Part shown: one piece after another, positions 35,401 to 40,987 of the stretch | How the letters are laid out: each line of letters begins with the position of its first letter | Numbering within the stretch: position 1 is the first letter of the stretch | NCBI GenBank assembly: GCA_032718475.1 | Contig: JAUCBJ010008059.1 | Location: 1-40,987, forward strand | DNA length: 40,987 bases | DNA from: Nemertoderma westbladi | Lineage: Eukaryota > Animalia > Xenacoelomorpha | Direction of reading: 5' to 3' | Notes under the pieces: model-generated | The model's input: only the letters and a program-made list of their open reading frames with translations | What the model was told of the DNA's origin: nothing | Databases searched by the model: none | Made by a program: the position numbers and the translations under genes

Positions 35401-36064
35401 AAAGTCGTACTGCAAATTGATCATACATGCATCATTGCGGATAGTAGAAGGATAGGTGATTCAGTTGTTGATGTGGCGATAGTTATAAGGTATTAAGTGC
35501 GGAAAGACGAAAATTGGTTATAAGTAGGCAATAAGCAATGCATCAAACTTGGCTGCTTCGGAAAACTGAGTTTAATGACAAAAAGTCCCACAGGCCTACT
35601 TAAGCATTCAGTGATATGTTTGGACCATAAAATAATTTGTTGACCACCAGGAACGAAGTCGCAAGCCCCCATGCAGACAACGTTATCACATCGTAAAGGA
35701 CCATTTTTCTTGCTGCTTGTATTGGAAAGACGCAGGTTCCTAATGATAACTCTGGTCGAGATGACGCGGTGTGCCAATATTATGCGTCACTTTATCAGAA
35801 TCAGATTCAAAGCTATGGAAACAAATATAAATTCCGTCGCACTTACTGGAATTAATCTTGGGGCGAGCAGTCTAGAGTAAGTTTATTCTGATGTAAGTAA
35901 CAGTTTGTGGTGTGCTTGATAATGCTGATGCTCATCATGACACACTAGAAATGTACACCAAGTTTGCTACAGGGAAAATAGTAATGGTACCATGTTTATT
36001 TCCAAGTTTTTAATAGTAGAGTTAATGGTGCAAAGTGGTTATTCTGGTACATGGCCCCATCCCA

Positions 36065-36180
36065 AATTTTATTACAAATCGTAATGAGATTGCATGAAAT
36101 TTGAAACAGAGTTAGTTTCACCTCCCTCCTCCTTGCTGGGTGAGCCAGAATTTTTATTTTTGCTTTCGTTCTTTAGCTAC
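36065..36180. mobile_element. Fragment of the palindromic MITE family
   Basis: Reverse complement of 40459-40575 and 15558-15655. Confidence 0.75.
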
Positions 36181-36182
36181 TA

Positions 36183-38125
36183 GGATCGGCATGCTGTATT
36201 GCAGCTGCATTTTTAAGAATGCTGTGCCGGCTTGTCAACAAAATTGCACCGCCACAACTCCCTATCACCCATGACATTTGCTAGATCATCCGCATCTTTA
36301 AGGCCAGTGTCCTTTAAGATGCGTCTCAAGAAAGTCATGGGCTGTCCACCATGCTTATTCAATCCATGAGGCTGCCAAAGTACAAGATTATGCACTTGCT
36401 GGTCCTCACGGCGAAAGCAATGTCCTGCAAAGCGGAGGCGATTTTGTTCTAGTGTCAAGCTTGGGGGAACCAATGAGACACCTCCAATGTTATATAGTGT
36501 CGGGTTGGAGATGTGTGCATTGTACTTGACACAATGAACCCGGCGTAGCATTCTTGTGAATGTGCCATCCAGAGATTTGGTGTCCTCAGCAGTTAGAGCC
36601 CAGCATGGACTCCCGTAGAGGAGTACTGGAACTACTGCTGCTCTAAATAATCGGACCTTAAGTTTCCGATTAATTCTCGGTGACTTCCAAATCCTGGAAA
36701 GCCTATTCAAGGCTGCCCATGCCTTTCCCTCCGGACTGACTTCCGGATCCATGATCCCAGGTAACAGAAGTCGCCCACATGCTCAAGCATACCATCCTTT
36801 GAGCTTATGCTCATCCGATCAGAGACTTGCTGAGGACTTTCAAAGTTAACGGTCAGAATTTTGGTCTTTCTGGAGTTAATAAAAAGACCAACACTAGAAG
36901 CAGCATGTTCTAATGAGCTGAGGAGCCGTTGGGCTCCCTCTAATGATTCTGAGAGTACTCCTAAGTCATCAGCAAAGTCTAGATCAGTTAGGTACTTGGC
37001 AGGATTTCCTCTACTTCTGGAGCCAGTAGGTGGAGTTATCATCACCCCATCATCATTATGATGATCTAAGGACATGCGTAGAACATAGTCAACCACAATA
37101 ATGAACAAGAATGGTGCAAGTGTGTCTCCTTGGAGGACGCCCCATAACACTTCAAATGGTTCTGTGTCACCGTCAACAGTAGACACAAATGTTGTCGAAC
37201 CATCGTATACTGATCTGATTGCTGCAATAATTTCATCAGGAATCCCATATAATGAAAGTATGCTGAACATACGTGAGCGAGAGACTGAATCAAAGGCCTT
37301 GAAGAAGTCAACAAAGATAACAGCCAGATGCCTGTCTTTCTTTTTTGATAATTCTTCAATTATCCTTCTAAGTGCCAAAATGGGCTCCATGGTCCCACGA
37401 CCTTTACGGAACCCATTCTGATTTCCACGGAGCAGTCTCTCAATGGGATCCCTGATGCGATTTAATAGAATCCTATTGTATAGCTTTGCAGCAATCGAGA
37501 TCAATGAGATTCCCCGAAAAGAACCATAGAGTGTTAGGTTGCCCTTCTTGGGAACTGGCACCAACTTATTTGTTTTCATTTCTTGTGGGACTCTTGTTGT
37601 TCGGTACATGTCTACTATGATGGGATAGATGAGCTTTAAACACTCAGGTATTTTAAAGACCTCAGGGGGGGAACACCATCTACTCCACTGGCACGATTGG
37701 TCTTAATGCTCTTTGCAGCAGCCTTCACTTCTGCAAAGGAGATATCGCCAATGGGAATATCTGGGAGTACAGACTCAGACACTTTTACTTCTATAAAGTT
37801 ATCAGGCAATACCCTGTCATTATTGAGGAGCTTTTCAAAGTGGGCTTTCCAACCATTGAGGCGATCGGCTGGTGATTCAGCCTTAACCTTGGTGGTTGGT
37901 TGGCTTTTCCGCCCAGTAAGCAGATTGATGGATTTCCATGCCTGGGATGATTGCCTGCTGTCGTCAGCATCATTGATGGCATCAACCTGTTGGTTTATTA
38001 GCTCCTGTAGATTAACAGAGTACTGCCTGTTCAGGGACCTAGATGCAGCCTTAACTGCATTCTTGGCCGCTGTAGTCTGTTTGAGTCGGGACTTACAACA
38101 CAGTTATTCTTCAACCTTATTGTGA
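36183..38125 (-). mobile_element. RTE-clade LINE, 5'-truncated (RT and C-terminus only), frameshifted
   Basis: PVPKKG, FRGISL, QNGFR, VDFFKAFDSV, GVLQGDTLAP, FADD, YLGS, LLYGS, RLRFAGHC; breaks at ~37670 and ~36730. Confidence 0.93.
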
Positions 38126-38134
38126 TACTGAGGT

Positions 38135-40830
38135 ACTAGTGGAAAGCTGGCCGCGCAGGGAATCCAAATATGTAAAATTATTTGAATTTGGTTGGGGAAT
38201 AGCTGAGTCTGAGATCATGGACATTCGAAAGTTGCATGTACCGGTATTTGCTTCACCTGCAGGCCATTTATTCTATTTAATAAATACACAATGTTCTAGA
38301 ACATTTTGCTTATGTACGAATATCCATATACTAATTATCATGTAGGCATTGCATTGTTGCCAAGATACACCATGTCCCAGAATATAGTGTCGTAATTCAG
38401 TGACTTTTTATTTTTATTTTTATTTTTATTTTTACAAGCGTTTAAGCGTTTAAGCTTCAAGCTTTTTGTAAGCTTTAACCCTATTACCACTGGGGGGGGG
38501 GGGGGGTCGATTCGGCCCCTTCCTAGTTTTTAATTGCTGTTTTTTACAAGAATTAGTCAAATTTAATGGCGCATCTTTTGGAAAAAACTATGTGGCAATT
38601 AGATTTAAACTTTTCGATGTGGGTGCCACATTTGGTCCCCAGCAGAACATTTTTTGAAATTTTCTAATTTTTCAAGGTAATTTGTGAGTTAGTAATTCTT
38701 TTTGTTTGGGGCTTTTTTTATTGATTCTGATTCGTATGGAGCACTCTACTACTCTATATAAGTATGTAAGGGAAGTGGTACGACATTTTTGGTGCACTAA
38801 AATTAGGGCGTGGCACTTCAAATTTTCAAAATTGCAATATTCGTTAAATACTCCGAAGTTTTGATTTCAACGCATTTTTATGGGTTTTCTGGCCCGCTTA
38901 ATCGATTAAAAGTAATATGGAATGGAACTCAATTCTTAGTGGTACATTTTGGTGCACCAAAATTAGGGCGTGGCAAGTAGGCTTACTTCAAATTTTCAAA
39001 ATTACGATATTGAGAAAATACAACAAGGTTTTCATTTCATCCTATTTTTATAAGTTATCTGGACCGCTGAAATTGGAAGTAATATCCATGTTCATTGGAT
39101 ATTGGCAGTCCATTGGAAGTAATATTGAAGCTTCAAGTCTTAGTGGTACGTCATTATTGGTACACCACAATGAGGGCGTGGTACTTTTTCAAAATTTGAA
39201 TAAGTATACCACATTTTGGTGCACCAAAAATGCCGAACCACTAAGTCTTATAAAATCCTATCTATTATTAAATCCTATCTATCTATTACTAAATCCTATA
39301 AATGTGCGTTGAAATCTCATCTTTGGTTTATTTTCCGAATCTCGTATTTTCAATATTTGAAGTGCCACACCCTAATTTTAGTTCTCCAAAAAGGACAATC
39401 CACTAAGTCTTCAGGCTTTGATAATATTTTGAATCGATCCAGCGGTTCAGAAAACCTATAAAAACGTGTTGGAATAAAAAGATAAGTGTATTTTCCGAAT
39501 ATCGTATTTTTCAAAATTTGAAGTGCCACGCCCACTTCTTAGGTGCACGAAATATAGCATCCAGTTCAATTTTCGGAAATGGAATATAATCACATTCGAT
39601 TTAGCGTAGTAAAAAACCTAATAATGCTAGCCAACAATGCCACACTATAAGTTTTTAGAATATCAAAAAAATGTATATTTTCTCCTGGGACTACTTCTAT
39701 TTTTCATGAAAATTATTATACCCACTTCATGAAATTTTCATCTTTTTGGATTTGAAAATGTTCCTCGATACTTTTTTCACCTACAGCCCAAATTTCGTAG
39801 GATTTTATTGGATGGTTACAAAAATACAGCGGGGGGGGGGGGGGGGGCGAATCGACCCTCCGCCAGGGCTGCTAATTGTCTAAACACCCCAGAGTTAATA
39901 GGTTTAAGCTACATTCTACAAACGTTTAAAAAAGTGTCTCCAGCTATAGTACACCAGTTACACCGAAGTTATTCTTCTACCTTGTAGCTGTTTGTTGGTA
40001 CCAATGGAAAGCTGGCCCATGGACTCCAAATATACAACACAATTTGAATTTCGTTGAAAAATAGCGGAGATATGGGCGTTCAAATGTTGCATGGTTATGC
40101 ACCTGCGCGAGGCTATTTTATTCTATTTAATAAATGCATCATATTCTGGAATAATTTGTTTATCCAAATACGTAGCTGATCAGCAATGCATTATATCTTT
40201 AATCATACTATTACGTAGCTATTCATACATTAACAACACGTTTACATACATTTCGCGCATGTGCATAACCATGCAACATTAGAACGCCCATATCTCAGCT
40301 ATTTTTCAATGCTATTTTTCAATTTTTCAAATTGTGTTACATATTTGCAATCCTTGCATGGCCAGCTTTCCATTGGTACCAACAAACAGCTATAAGGTAG
40401 AAGAATAACTGCGGTGTAACTGGTGTAATATCGCTGGAGACTCTTTGTTTACACGCTTGTAGCTAAAGATTGAAAGCAAAAATAATAATTCTGGCTCACC
40501 CAAGCAGTGGTCGGGAGATGAAACTATCTCTGTTTCAAATTTCATGCAATCTCATTAAGATTTGTAGAAAAATTAGGGGGGGGGGGGGGGGGGGGGGGGG
40601 TGTCACTGAATTACGACACTATATTCTGGGACATGGTGTACTAGTACTTATGAGATAAACAAAGTGTTTGCAGAATGTTATGTATTTATTAAATATAATA
40701 AATTGCCAGCAACGCAAGTAAATACATGCAACTTTTGAATGCTCACATCACAGCTATTTCCCAACCAAATTCAAATATTTTTACATATTGGGAATCCTTG
40801 CATGGCCAGCTTTCCATGACTACCAAATAA
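38135..40830. mobile_element. Large palindromic (foldback) MITE interrupted by the piggyBac-like element
   Basis: 38140-38405 is inverted at 40602-40816 and 39910-40100 is inverted at 40265-40460; centre at ~40190. Confidence 0.7.
38479..39903. mobile_element. Non-autonomous piggyBac-like element
   Basis: TTAA at 38475-38478 and 39904-39907; TIR CCCTATTA / TAATAGG; G-run + gtcgattcg motifs at both ends; internal inverted aaattagggcgtggcacttcaaa repeats. Confidence 0.8.
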
Positions 40831-40987
40831 AGGTAAATTTAATTAATTTAAAACATTATGGGAAAGGAGCAGGTTACAGAATATGCTAAAACAGAACAGG
40901 CTAATATCTATATAAATTTTATGTAATGAAAGCTCTAACCCTGACCGGTATCTGATTGATCATTTCACACCCTTCACCTGATTGAAA

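Noticed and set aside
35460-35880. Possible EHD EH-domain exon or other gene
   Set aside because: The frames I examined show no EF-hand/EH motifs or other recognisable domain

Overview
This is AT-rich eukaryotic genomic DNA, probably from an invertebrate animal, and most of it is repeat-derived. Two host genes are well supported: a 4-exon, plus-strand EHD/RME-1-family ATPase (19890-22027, with no EH-domain exon found) and a 2-exon, minus-strand class A peptide-receptor-like GPCR (32625-30133). Two exons of an unknown coiled-coil gene (15714-15846, 18368-18580) are probable. Mobile DNA includes a decayed Gypsy LTR element, a near-full-length CR1/L2-group LINE, several RTE copies, tRNA-derived SINEs, a Helentron-like element, nested TIR elements (TA-TSD, 8-bp TSD, piggyBac TTAA), a Penelope remnant with a hammerhead core and four tandem arrays. 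The most unusual signals are: (i) a hidden pseudo-exon encoding EGR/Zif268-like zinc fingers, spliced in phase behind a possible tyrosine-recombinase remnant; (ii) a Gypsy primer-binding site complementary to the 5' END of tRNA-Lys; (iii) a ~37-copy 50-bp array with a let-7 8mer site in most units. All family calls come from motif recognition by eye; no searches were run.
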